Positions 11,101-23,100 of a stretch of 64,000 nucleotides of DNA are shown here, piece after piece. The stretch covers positions 30,442,001-30,506,000 of the forward strand of contig JBHGNT010000001.1 of assembly GCA_043228905.1 (NCBI GenBank), read 5' to 3'. Source of the DNA: Azolla caroliniana (Eukaryota > Plantae > Polypodiophyta). The notes under the pieces are model-generated. The model was not told the origin of the DNA and did no database searches. It saw nothing but the letters and a program-made list of their open reading frames with translations. Each line of letters begins with the position of its first letter. Positions within the stretch are counted from its first letter, which is position 1. The position numbers and the translations under genes are program-made.

Positions 11101-11947
11101 TCTAAAAGTTAGGAAAATGCCTATTATACTAGACAAGCTTATATAAGCAGATGATGATACAAACAGTGATAGATATGAGGGTACAAGGCCAGCCCAAGTG
11201 AAAGATGTGCCTAAGATCGAAGAGTTACTTCATCCTCTGGAGGAAAGAGGCATTTTAATAAAGAGGACCCGTGAACAGGTGTTTCTTTGTATTTTTACTT
11301 ACTAATTTATTACCTTAAATCTGATGTCCGTCCTGGAGCTGCTAGTCGTGAAAATTGTTTACTATTTTTTGTAACTGGAATTTTTCTGTGCAGATACTGG
11401 GAGAAGTTAGCCATTTTATAGTGGTAGAAAGGGATGCGTCTATAATTGCATGTGGAGCTCTCTTTCCCTTTCATAATGAAAAATGTGCAGAGATTGCAGC
11501 ACTTGCTGTTTCTGATGAATGCCGTGGCCATGGTCAAGGTGATAAACTGCTAGGTAAAAGAAAAAGACACCTTCCACTATTAGTTTTAGACAAGGATAGT
11601 TACCAAGGATGTACTGAGTTCAGTTTTGTTTTTGTAGATTACATGGAAAATAAAGCAGTAAATATGGGGATTGAAAAGCTATTTTTGCTAACGACAAGAA
11701 CTGCTGACTGGTATAATATCAGACCTTTTGCTCGATATTGGAATGTCGGCATGAGCAGTTTCAATGGATTGTTTTTTCTTTTGGTTTTCTTCTCTCTTCT
11801 TTAAGGTTCGTGCGACGAGGGTTCTCTGAATGTAGCATCACCTGTATACCACGTGAAAGGCAAGCCAAAATAGATTTGGCTAGAGGATCAAAGTATTATA
11901 TCAAGACATTGATGTCCAGGGGTCAGGATTATGCAGGCGTGGATTGA
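2161..11947 (+). CDS. NAGS: Amino-acid acetyltransferase / N-acetylglutamate synthase, plastid-targeted, 10 coding exons; start codon uncertain (ATGs at 2161, 2269, 2287, 2383)
   Basis: Exons ..2742, 3147-3234, 4112-4317, 9598-9749, 10477-10894, 10983-11080, 11167-11278, 11394-11553, 11638-11710 and 11806-11947 join in frame. Motifs [76 protein letters not shown], and GNAT domain [27 protein letters not shown]. Ser-rich N-terminus resembles a transit peptide. Confidence 0.93.
4710..4938 (+). repeat. Left arm of ~230-bp inverted repeat flanking the nested gene
   Basis: tccataccaatacgaggtagaattg...gtcgaatgaccttcatttgtatttcata is the reverse complement of 9306-9537; by eye 9 substitutions plus one 3-nt indel. 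Confidence 0.95.
5974..9264 (+). CDS. DUF2921-family multi-pass membrane protein, intronless, nested in NAGS intron 3 on the same strand
   Basis: Uninterrupted ORF from ATG 5974 with a hydrophobic N-terminus. Three repeated luminal motifs ([51 protein letters not shown]), [27 protein letters not shown], and a C-terminal TM region with [16 protein letters not shown] and LFYIGIT. I recognise these as typical of plant DUF2921 proteins. Confidence 0.85.
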   Translation: MAHVNTISPLLLFFIWKSCIIFQVCSIFVLIPSSCETWSLPPLTRSLLTQQCLAPLQLPSITPPHLCFSNSSHKSLLPTMLSWSSSSLFFSTRGPDHADRSIFSLPSSPVHGHTLHPMNYATFRIAQVSNFMPPSSSSSMSTSETSDSMEFKSPSSSSPSMLETFPNASDHHHHHHHHHHHHHPHEDSDRNSADPAKNGPACLIKGNLHLASCHCWSHFWFHGEHVAPPHFSGHDRSDCEMTLSFEGIFVRTSHKQMVCMLGCADRPFMMPKNSSSSNIPQYGPELHLYPKCAPGHGCKEGIRYAPPRIPTIRDCEISLQLVYPSKLTIRTFSTQGTVSSLRKRTDPLYFDTLALSAVYKYMPSQFEHSPGYPTCKEVTEFKWEKTPLRCNDLKNVFDDLQLIMDFEEQNMHSGNASKMGPFSTAFLPNMTVTRSALVHEISCKEHGNVFQVRFYITAGIETPHDTDGSRREYLLRSSDKLTISAEGLVNRTTGQLCLKACSLTHGSTQSSSDPTFREKEQHREHDDGYNCNIGIDLDINPYISLSKRWIVEGRLFSTRIDEFSFPPLKLQTLWPSKYERHKRVSHPITYKYTRIDEAEIDINNDMLMSNEMIIWDGHLEGSVYPTNSPNDTCHLNLARKLSFEATSLAISHEPLLKEGIYLKVEVIAIESCVLLKDQIKAEKHKFDSGSEYDELGFLRIGVEMWMERHHIVAEGLYDSTRGMMKLIGCSSPLTEFSDNVTDTDFNNNILDCDIQISIQYPALNNRRWFETLRWMVSITSTRPPNDKSFFKPINIILGPYSLHNTEREDVSHKIVHSVLQLVALLGCLYCILEQLAVNACPLKLRDNPYPFCSLTMLFFQWTGMVLPLAMYLFSLITDPVSSLIPKVHDQDPLVMELIEALINIARSLCCFALIFLFISVKRARREQHRAKAMEYLVMEICIAIYMVMFVLCMAMGALDTMETKTMAMSRSFWLFYVTTATRWKTDLEEFGGYLLDLFLLPQVVQNFVVWTQKRRILVPLFYIGITIMQSGLHLHHLFFWKWKAPETSEKPSIALELSLPCLSILLALTLHLQQTKVIMTNVPIKFRWLKKSMKGS
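9306..9537 (-). repeat. Right arm of ~230-bp inverted repeat, starting ~40 nt after the nested gene's stop
   Basis: tatgaaatacaaatgacggtcattcgac...cctcgtattggtatgga is the reverse complement of 4710-4938. Confidence 0.95.
9733..10476 (+). repeat. About four tandem ~190-bp copies of NAGS exon-4 end plus intron 4
   Basis: gaggttctaaattgcaa recurs at ~9733, ~9922 and ~10115. Four copies carry gtttcag..a, atctcacaaat, atgaaa(t/c)ca and tgaaa(g/a)g.agt motifs. Confidence 0.85.
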
Positions 11948-13494
11948 GGCATTGACAGGATTGTATAAAATTTTGTTAGAATAGAATATGAAAGTGAGGG
12001 CTACAAAGAAATGGAAAGCCATGCTGAAGTTAGGTAAACCTAATACTATAGTTAATACCTATTGAGAGCTCCTGGAAAGATTGGGTTCTATTTCTGGCGG
12101 CAATAGTTTTTACAAGAGAAATGAAGAGTAGCATAAAAATGTGCTATGGCAGAAATTTTGGTACCAATAAATGGTTAGTGTCTTCAGTATATGTTGTTCT
12201 TTTGGAGAATCCAAACATGAGTAGCAATGACATGTGCATGATTATATACTGAACAAGGGTAGCATAAATATGTGCGATGGTGGAAGTTTCAGCACCAATA
12301 TAAATGGGTTAGGTTTTCAGTAAACACCATAATTCCCTTGGAGAAAGCAAAAAAGTGTTCACCACCAATAAGTGGGCAATTACTTCCATAAATGCCATAT
12401 ATCCCTTTGAGAATATAAAACAATGATGTGTGCATTAGGATGCTAAACAAGAGCAGATCAAATTTGTGCTTTGGCAGAAGTTTCAGCACCAATAAGTGGG
12501 ATAGGTACTTCATTAAATGCCATACCTCTTGGAGAAAACAAACAAGAGGAGAAATAATTATGGCAAAGATTTTGGCACCGATATAGTGAAGCTTAAATGA
12601 CTGGCATCAATATGTTAGTTGATATATAGTTATGTACAAAAATATGGGTTGGATGCTTCAATAAAAGGCCATGGTGCCCTTCGCCCGTTATGAATAAGTT
12701 TCTTCAAGGAGAGAAATCAAACAAGAGTAATGTTGATGTAATGTGCATTGACATGCATTTTGTTGTGATGTATTTGCTCCTTTAGTTTGAAGTAAAGTGT
12801 CAACCCAATTGGAGATATAAGAATCTGTTGCCAAACTAAAAAGATTCTTCTATTTCTCTTTTATCAAGAATTATGAGGTGATGAATCAATTTTGTGCTGG
12901 AAACTGTTCTCGAAGACCATAAATAATGCTCCATAGCTTTTTGAGGCCTAAGAACTTTTTTACTTCTCTTAAAGTGCTTAGCAACAAGCCAGGAAGTTGA
13001 ACTAGAGAGATGCTGTATGTTGAAACTGCAAAGCTAATTGTATATATCTCTGTTTGATGAAAATTAATCATATATATATATCATTAAGCAGCAATTGACA
13101 GATAACAATATAGTAAACTATGTTTCTTGAAGTATATTTCCTGAGACAATGCAACTCTTGACTATCTGGGAACTAATGATCCAGCCAGTTAATTGAAATT
13201 ATCATCTAATATCAGCACTCCAAACACTGAACTAGAAGCAGAAATATTAGAATTATGATGAAAATATGCAAAATCCAAACTCACAAGATTAAACAGCAAT
13301 AACAACGTAGCAATTATTCTCTTAAAGCATGTGTATCAAGCTAATGAGACTCCCTATTTTCTGGGGGACTAGCAAATTATTCAGTTATGCAATTAGTTCA
13401 TCTCGGTGAAACTAGAGGTCTGGTCAATTAATTGAAATAACCAGTAAACATTAGATTACCAACACTGAATTAGAAGCATGAAAAGCTTCAAAAA

Positions 13495-13697
13495 ATCAGT
13501 AAACATTAGAATAATTAATTGCCTCAAAACTACTTACTCAATTGGTTGTTTGACCTATCAATGGGATAATCAGTAAACATAAGCACTGCAGAACAATAAT
13601 CAGTAAACATTAGCACAACTAATTGCCTCAAAACTACTTACTCAATTGGTTATTTGACCTATCAATGGGATAATCAGTAAACATAAGCACTGCAGAA
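13495..13697. repeat. Near-identical ~100-bp tandem duplication within a degenerate repeat field (13.1-13.9 kb)
   Basis: taattgcctcaaaactacttactcaattggtt.tttgacctatcaatgggataatcagtaaacataagcactgcagaa occurs twice. Confidence 0.85.
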
Positions 13698-14152
13698 ATT
13701 TGAAAACCTTCAGAGATACTAAGAGCTAATTAAATAGTTAATGATTATCAGGAAGATTAGAGGATTAGAAGCAGCAGAAGAAGCTTTAAAGACACAAGTA
13801 GTTAATAAGTTATTTGGTCAATTGATTGAAAATCAGTAAAGATAAACACTGCAGACTTAAATTAGAAAACTTAAAGGTACTAACAACTAGTTGATAATTA
13901 GCATGAGGATTATGTGATGTTATTTTAAGATTAGTGGATACAAATGAATCTCACTTTTGATTCATACAAGAGCAAATCTATTAGTTAATCAACAAAAACC
14001 GATTATTCAGTTCTACAAGATGAAACAACTTCTTATCATGCTTTCATGTAACATTAGCGAAAGCAAAAGGCAATGTCTTATCATGATGATTAGTGGATAA
14101 TGATGACTTTCAATTTGGATTTTGGTATACAAGTTGTACAAGCTACAAAACT

Positions 14153-17100
14153 TCATATCATACTTTCATGTAATAAATGAGCTTCATGTCTGGTTTCCAT
14201 TTCCTTCAATCTTTTATCACAAACTCTGACACTATCATTTGAACTTCTTGACCTTGTTTGCTTGCTGCGATATACAGCTGCTTGAAACTGCACATGTATT
14301 GAAAAGAAGATGACGGCATCAGAATAGTAAAATAATTCAGAGTTATGAATGTGCAAGAGAAGAGGGACAACTTGGACAGCATCCTCCCCACAATCATGTT
14401 CAGGGAGAATCTCATTGTGGAGTACAAAGTAAAGAGTTAAAAAAGACATAAGATCCAAAAAATGTTTTTGAGTTTCAAATGGTGGGAATGTGTAAAAAAG
14501 TATTTCTTTTCAACCTAGGAATGCTGTGTACGCTATTTGTACAGGAATTGGGCCAGTTTTTGCCACAAAAAGAACCAAAAAAGACAGTACAACTGTTTGT
14601 GTCCTTTTAGTTGAGAAAAAGAAAGCGAGAAACACCAGTTTTTTCTGCCATTTATTCCGTAAATCGGCCATTTGTGGTTGCTCCTTATTGATGGCAGTAT
14701 ATGGGCGCAGTATTGCTACTGTCATTCTGACATCTGGACTCGACAGCTCCATAACTTGCTTATTTGAATGAGGGTCATTGACCAGATCTAGAGATTCATT
14801 ATCCAAAAACAGAGAAGAAGCTGAAAATCACAAAACAGAAGCATATGAGATGGTGTTTGACATTCAATGCATGTATACAAGAACAAATTAAACCACAAAA
14901 AAACATTTAAGAATATTCAGGTACTTGAATGCATTCTAAGCTCAAATTCCTCTAGAAGATCGTGTACTGTTGGTTTCAGGGGCTTTGCGGGTTCATTGGA
15001 AGTAGCTTCTATCAGTTGTTTACTGGACAATGTTGTTGATTGAGGTTCCTTCTTTCTTTTCTGCTGGATCTCTCCTAATTTCTGATCTGTTGGAAGTTTC
15101 ATTTGTGATCTAAACTTTACTGGCAATGTATAATCTGTGATTTTCCTGTTTTCTGATATGGATTTTTGAACCGCAGGATGATCATCACTTAGAAGATGGA
15201 GTCGCAAAGTAGGAAAATGTGCTCGAGATCCTGATTATAAAGCATAAAGAAATATGTCAGCCTTTTCCCTGTCTTGGCCTGATTACATGATCGATGTACT
15301 AATAAATACGCTTGCATATAAGTGTCAAACGACATTCATTCTTTTATTGTTTTGGAATTGAATATGAGGATCACTTAGCATTCAATACGAATTAAAATCT
15401 CTCATTTATAGGAACACTCCATAACCCTATTTACCTACCATCAGCTCTCATTTGCACCCATACTGAAGTCATCTTTCTGTATTCATATAACACAGATCCA
15501 GCGCCCAGATCCTGAAAAATTTAGTAAAACAGTGCATTATCCTTGAATCCATGTTATCAAAACTTGGTCAAAGATGTATATAATGCCACAGTAAGAAATA
15601 CTTGAAATTTAAATAGCATTACATAAAAAACTGGATCTCCTATTGAATGACATCATTCACAAAATCTCAATGGAACTTATGCAGGGAGTGCTAGCTTACA
15701 ATCACAGAAATGGTATCCTCTAAATACTGCAAGGCATGCTTCTGCTGGTTATCGTGCAACACATCCACCCCATCTGTAATCATCTTTTCATCCCTGGCAG
15801 GGATAATGAGTTTCCCAGTTTTATCCTACAAGAGTATTTGACAGAAAAAAGAGATCCCATTGAATAAGACAACCATAAAATTATAATGCAAAAAAATATA
15901 AACCAAACCTGTAAATAAACCCTTCCCCTCAGATCAAACTTTGGCACAAAAACAATAAGTGATTGTGGCTGTACTTCTATCACCTGCAAAATAGTTACAG
16001 TATTCTGAAAATTCATGTAACTCAGATTTTTGAAAATGTTAATGATGTGCTAATACCACTCCTTGTTCAGCTTGAGCATTCTTTTCGAGATACATCAAAA
16101 GATGCAATTGATTGCATTCCTTCTGTGCCCTTTTGCTTGCTCTATGACGTTGATTGAGATGACCTGCCACCTGTGATATGCAATAATTGAAGCAGTGAGC
16201 ATTTAAAAAATGATAACGCTGTAGTATGAAAAACGTTCTGCTAGAAAATCCAACTCTGCAGCTGTGTCTAGCCATAATGTTAACATTGCATGCTATATTT
16301 ACCTGAGTAATGTCTGCAACATTAAGACTCACATCAGCATGTGAAGAACTTCTCATATGTGTCTCATTTCTTTCACATGATGAAATTAACATCCGGTGCA
16401 CAACAATATCTGCATAGCGCCTAATTGGTGATGTGAAGTGTGTATAAAACCTGATATATGAAAAAACATAACATGTTAGGGGTAGCATTAATGCTAACGA
16501 GGTTAGACTTGAAAACTGAAAAACCCAAATGAAGTGCAACCAGACCCTAGCTAGGTGTATATGATCCAGGAGAGACACCATAGAATTATGAAGAGGAGAA
16601 GTGTAGGACAATGTAGCCTTTGTGAATGATTCTTCCCCGCTTTATTCTCCTTGCAAAAGATAGCGCTCTCTAACTGTGTTCACTAGATGGAACACAAAAG
16701 CCTGGACAAATAACCTTGTGAAGGATTCATCCTCACTTGCAGAAAACATGCATCACACATGGCCATTAGGGATCCTCTCATACATTTCTTTTCACATGAC
16801 TTTCAGGATATTGACTGCATACGGGAGTTTTTCTCAAAGCAGGTGTAGGAAACACCATACTTCTGAGAAACATCATTTTTTATTGCTTAGAATGGTATAG
16901 CTGGCCCGTTCTTCTCTTTTAATATATCATCACCATCATAATTACCACTCTAATGGAAATGAGCATGACCAAATCCACACTTTATCATGTAAGGTACCTA
17001 ATTGATAACCATTCCGAGAATGTGGGAGTATGTGAGAGGTGGAACACCACATCAAATGCATGGACAACCAGATGTAGTTATGAATTTCAGGAAAAGAAAT

Positions 17101-20100
17101 GATTGCATATAGATTAAATTATTCAATCTCTTAGAGGACATTAGAAACTCTTACAGAGCTTTACAAGAGAGGCCTTTCACCCTTTCGACTAGAGATTCAT
17201 TACATGCACGGACGGCCAGATGTAGTTATGGATCTCACTAAAAGAAATGATTGCATATAAATGAGTATTATTCACTCTCTTAGAGTGGAGGAGGTTAGAA
17301 ACTCTAAGGAGCTTTACTCATGATCGTTGACAAGATAAGCCTTTGCTTTTTAGAGTAGGAATCACTTCTTTCAATCTAAAAACAACCACGTCCAGTTTGT
17401 ATTGAATTGAGCGGGTCATTGTATCTTACAAAATGTCAGGATTGAGGTTATAATAGAGACATCTTTCAGAAGAAATATTTTTACACGTCTACAACCCAAG
17501 TTCCAACCCCCACACACATTAACCTTAACTGGGATGTTCTGTCATGGGCTTTTGGGGGGACTATATAACAATATCATTGTACATTTTACAGATAGTAGTT
17601 TTATTTTTGTTGCTGGTAAAAAACACTTAGAAGAGTAATCCACATGAATATGAAGCACAAGGACTACATTAAGACCTACTCTAAGGCTAATCCATAATGA
17701 GAGAAGTTGTAAGGCTCAAATGCATCTCCGGCTGCAATATACTCTGCCTGTTAAATTCATCATCCATGAGTTAGGGACATGGTAGATTCAAGAAATTAAT
17801 ATAACTGAATAACACACAAAAAGTACATTTTTACCTCAGACATTGCCCGTGTGGCCAACACTTTTAATGCATTCTGGAATGCCAGTAAGGAATCAGTATT
17901 TCAATATGCAGTGGACAAATAAATCATTTTACATAAGAAAGGAACCATTGCACAGTGGTACAATAAAATCTGCTCAATCTCATGACCCTTCAAGCATCAG
18001 CATGGAGAAGACAAGAACTTCACAGATACATGGATGGATAAAGTTAAAAATGGTTCATTCTTACACATTTGCTGTGTAAAAGGTGACTATCCAATCAATA
18101 TACTTCTTCAATTTTTGTGAGAATAATCATGTATGTTATTAGCCTCTAAATTACAAATAAAGCAACCCCTTCCATGCAGAAGCATCCTCTTAATGTACAC
18201 TGCTTAGAATTGTTTCATGCCTAGAATTTTTGTAAGGCCACTGCTTGTGCTCTTAACCTTGAGGTCTGCACTTCACTGCAATAGCCTCAGGGGCAACAGA
18301 GTTAAGCCATTCTGTCTGGCTATCCCTCTTAGTCAGTTCTGGGGTGGGTTTGTAACCACTCACACTCCCATCGTATGTGGATATGCTGGATAATTATGAG
18401 TAATTAGAAAAAGGACTGGCAGAGTTTCCTATACGAGCTCTAGGAGATACAAAACATGGCTAAGATGGTTAAGATTCCTTTAGTGTTTGGATCTTGAACA
18501 AATTGAGATGACTGTGCATCCTCCTTTTTCTAGTTCACTGATCTCATGGAAGTCATCTGCTGGCAGTTCTCTCATAGATAAGGGCAGGATCTTTTCTCAG
18601 AAGATAAAATACAACACTTTGCCTTTGCATCAATTCATGGGTTATATCATCATTAATCAATCTAAAGCATGGTGAACAATATGCCACAATCGATATCTTT
18701 ATTTTTCTTGGAAAACACTCATCTGTTTCATTAGTCTCCAATAAATGATCAACACTGTTGGAGTTCCTCGCACATTAGTTTCTTCTGATCTATGACTATA
18801 GAACCACTACACATTGCCAGGGATAGGTTATGTTCAAAGGTGTGGCAATTCACTTTATTGTGTATATTGCAAAGTTGGTATCTTGTTTTGGCAAAATTGG
18901 CTACTTGGTTGCTCATTGTGACATTACATTTTTCTATAACCTAAAACTAACTAGTGAGCATACCTGAACTATTGGATCTGCAGTTTCTTGTATATCATCA
19001 AGGGAAGATGCAAGTGCCTGACAGAACACAACATTGCAAAAAGTTAGTTCAAACACAGCAGAGAAATTATCAATACGATTAAGTAGAACTTAAATCTTGC
19101 CTTGTTACTTGATGCATCCAATTTTAATCCTTGTGCCTCACAACACTAGGGAAGAAGAAGGTATGTTAATAAAATCAAGGTATGTCCATGGATATGCACA
19201 TGATAAGTTTTAGAAAGTCAAAGGAAGAATTCATATTTTGTATAGGTTAGAATATATCTAGGGACATACCTTCATCAGAAATTTGAAATTTCCCTGTTTT
19301 GGTGGAGGATGACGACGAAGCAAAGCATGAGCTCCAGATGACCTGAAATGCATGTTTTCCAGAGAAAAGAGAAAATAATTATAAAATTGATTAATATAAA
19401 CGACAAATCCTCAAGAAAAGCTAATATTGATGATATCGATCAATACAGCGCCCCCACTTCTGTCTATAATTAATTGTCTCCGCTTACAAACAGATACAAA
19501 AGCCTCTTTATCGCTCAATGTAGGCCCTGACCTGCCTTTGTCAACCAAGCTACCAATTAGGGCAACCAAGCTACCACCCATAAGCCCAAAGCCACCATAC
19601 TCTGTCACAAACAGCAGTCTCGTCTGATACCTTCACCTCCTAAGTAATGCTACAATCTTGATCCCGTGTGCAATAAGATTCTAGTTTCATGCATGTTTCA
19701 TCTTAGAATGTAAATGTTATCAAAACCACGCTCTTCAGCATTCTTCCTTCTATTCATTCCAATCATGAGAATTAAGTAAAAAAATGACATAAATAAGCAA
19801 GAATGTTTCATATTAGAATGAGAATGTTATCAAAACCATGCTCGTAAGGCATTCTTCCTTCTATTCATTCCAATTATGAGAATTAAGTAAAAAAAATAGC
19901 ATTGTCTTTTATTACTCATAAATGCGACGAGCAACATAGGAATTTGCTTGAATCATCATTTCCGCCACAATCCAATTCATCTGTTATAGAGTATTGCATA
20001 TGCCTTCAGGTATAAGACAAATCTGATACTTTTACAGTTTATGAAGCATACACTTACAGGGAGCTGAGTTTTGCTCTCCACACTAAGTGGCTCTTCGTTT

Positions 20101-23100
20101 TCACCTATCTCAAATCGTATTTCTGCACTTGCGAGTTCCAAGGCACCTTTTGATTCCCTCAAAGATTTACAAGTCTACAAGAAAAGGACATCTGCCCACT
20201 TGAAGTCCAAGAAAATGCAAGCAGAAAAGAAAGTAGAGTCCATATGCATTGGATCAACCTAATATCTTCAACTTTTGAAAGTGTGTGATGATTCACAAAT
20301 TCGTAAAATTAACACAACCATTAGAATAGCATATTACACCTGTGAAAAATTAGCCAATAAACACAAGTCAGATCGAATTTGATTCATCACATCAATGCCA
20401 CCGTGAATCTGCCACCCATCAGGCAAGGTTTTCCCATCAAGTATGGCTTGTGCTTGCGCATAGAACATCTGTAAAGAAGAACACACCAGTCACCATAAAC
20501 CACCGAATATCTTTGCATAATTGGACCATACTCAATAGCCACTACATCTCCTTTTTCCAAAGGAAACAAACCTGCTGACGTGAATGTATTATAGTTCGTC
20601 CAAACCAAATGTCAAATATTTCAAAATTGTTCTGAACATCAACTTTCCAGATAACACTCACTGCCAATCTATCTTTGCCATGTCGCAGCGAACATAAGTT
20701 CTCACTAAAACAAAACAATGATTCTTGTTACTAGGAAGTTTAACAAATATCTAGATTTGAAGTTTCTTATTGCAGTTTTTGCTCTAGCAGATGCATATAC
20801 AAAAGCCAAACTCAAACAATCCTAACCCAATTCCATGATCACCCTCTTTCTTGAAGTATAATATCCTGCACTACACTAGTCCCCAACTTTCCATGCAATT
20901 AACAGAAGAATCATTTCTATCCAATAAAAAAGGACATCTAAGTCATTTTGAGATGGCCCAAGTTGGCTCCTCTTTGGCATGTCGGGAACACCCTAGTTCC
21001 TTGATGCTTGTGTAAATTATTAGAGTAATTTTTTCATCAATCACTAGCGTACTTTATAAGCGTTTCCTTTTGTACAGTTGAGAGTGTTTTGTGCCAATCT
21101 ATCTCTACACAGATTGCAGACATTGTACTGCTCCTAGCGCTGGAAATATGCACTCTTGAGATTAGGAATCGACAAAGATTCAGTTTCGGCTTAACCGGAA
21201 GCCGTAACTGGTTTAGGATTTTTCAAACATGAACTGAACCAAACCAAACCGATCCCTAAACCAGTTCAGGCTTAACCGTTTTAGGAAGTTTAAAGCCAAA
21301 CCGAACCAACTCAAACGGGTTAAGGAAGCTCAATCCTGAACCGAGTCAAGCTGAACCACCAAAACTTGGTACTGGCTTGAGCCAAGCTGTTGCCAATTCC
21401 TACTTGTGATCCATCACAATCAGCATATTCCCATTCTGGTTTGACCTTTTCGATATGTGCCTCATAAGTAGTTGTACACATAGTACGTAATATTCGTGTT
21501 CGTTAGCCCAAACATTCGTTTTCATACGTATGCAAACGGATGCGTATGTTATTAAAACATTCTTGTGTTTTTTTACACTTTTTAACTTAACCCTTACCCT
21601 AAAAAAATTTACCTTATAATAAATAATGAGTGCAAAAGTATGGTATTTACCATACTTCGAGGGTGTTTTTCTTACGTGAATGATAAGAATGTTCACGAAT
21701 GCGAATGCACAAATGGTACGTATGCTTCATACTATGGTTGTACATATAGAAATCAACTGGCATTGTCCTTTCCTTTCCATTAGAGTATTTAATGACGTAA
21801 ATTTTATTATATATGAAAAAATCAAAATTTCTGCTTGCGTATTTGCAAAATTACCTCTATCTGCGTAGTCAACGTCGACACCAGAACACCTTTACAGAAA
21901 AAATGGGGAAAAAGGAAACAAAGAGAGAGAACCTTAAAATAGACGGAAGCATATGATATGTGTTCCCCACCATATACACTGTTGTGCCACGAGAGAAAGC
22001 TTCAAGATCTAGAAGACTTCCCTCTTTTATAAAAAATGAAACATCTGCAATGTGAACTGCAACCTATCAATAATTAAATTCCCACATGAGAGGTATGGAA
22101 ATGTTTTCACTGATCAATCCATAAAGTCTTATTTCATCAAGATATTTTAGGACACTATCCCCTGAACCTCGATTGTGTTATCATCCAGCTCTCTAACTGA
22201 CAAGCAATCATCCACATCCTTGCTGCCTGGGGGATCAATGCTGGAATAGATAAAAGTAAAAGCTTAAATCAAATGGAAATATTTTCCATAATTTTTTAAG
22301 TATAGAAACTTCCATATAATCACCACAATTGTCTGTTATTAATGTGACATTACCATTATATATAGGGCAGTCATGACATTAATTTTCAAACAAATTATTA
22401 TCACATGGGAGAATAATAGAAGAAACATAATCAGATAATTACCATGTATTATTGGGCACTCAGTAAAGTAATATTACAGTAACGAAGTACTGGATGGTCA
22501 TTATTGAAATATCGTCATCACTTACTACTATAATAAAATGGCAACCCGTGCTTCACAACAACTGAAAATGGGGCTCCCATATACGGTTCAAAAAATTAAA
22601 TTACAATATAGTTTATATGCACCACATGCCATTTGTATTCTATGTGGAGACATTATCCCTAAGTTTTTGACATGTTATCTTTTGAGAAAATACTAAACAG
22701 TAATGACATACCATAGAGTTCCCATCTCAAATGTTTCAGAACTAATTTTTCCTCTTACCTCTAAGAACAAGGAAGAGGATTTGACATCTACCTGTAAGTT
22801 CTGTGAGATGTGCGAAGATCCCGGCGGCAAGTATACTCTTTCTGTGGCACACGCCAAGGATTCTCATCTGTGTCCATGGGAAGCTCTTGCAATGCCCTGT
22901 ACCAGAAAATGTCAGATACCACCAAGAACAATAACACATTTTTAAAATCTGAGAAGAATGGAGAGAGAGTTCACAATGTACTAAAAGGTAGAATATTGAT
23001 CTCATTTTCCACCAAGATAGCTCTATTTTCTGTTTCCAAGTCACCAATTGGCCCCAAAATTCTTACGATGTGTCCCCTCGGAAGCTTGGAGTCACAATCC

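Noticed and set aside
19428-19609. GC-richer intronic island beginning TG and ending CA, a possible solo LTR or ncRNA
   Set aside because: No matching TSD, no second copy in the window and no recognisable RNA motif
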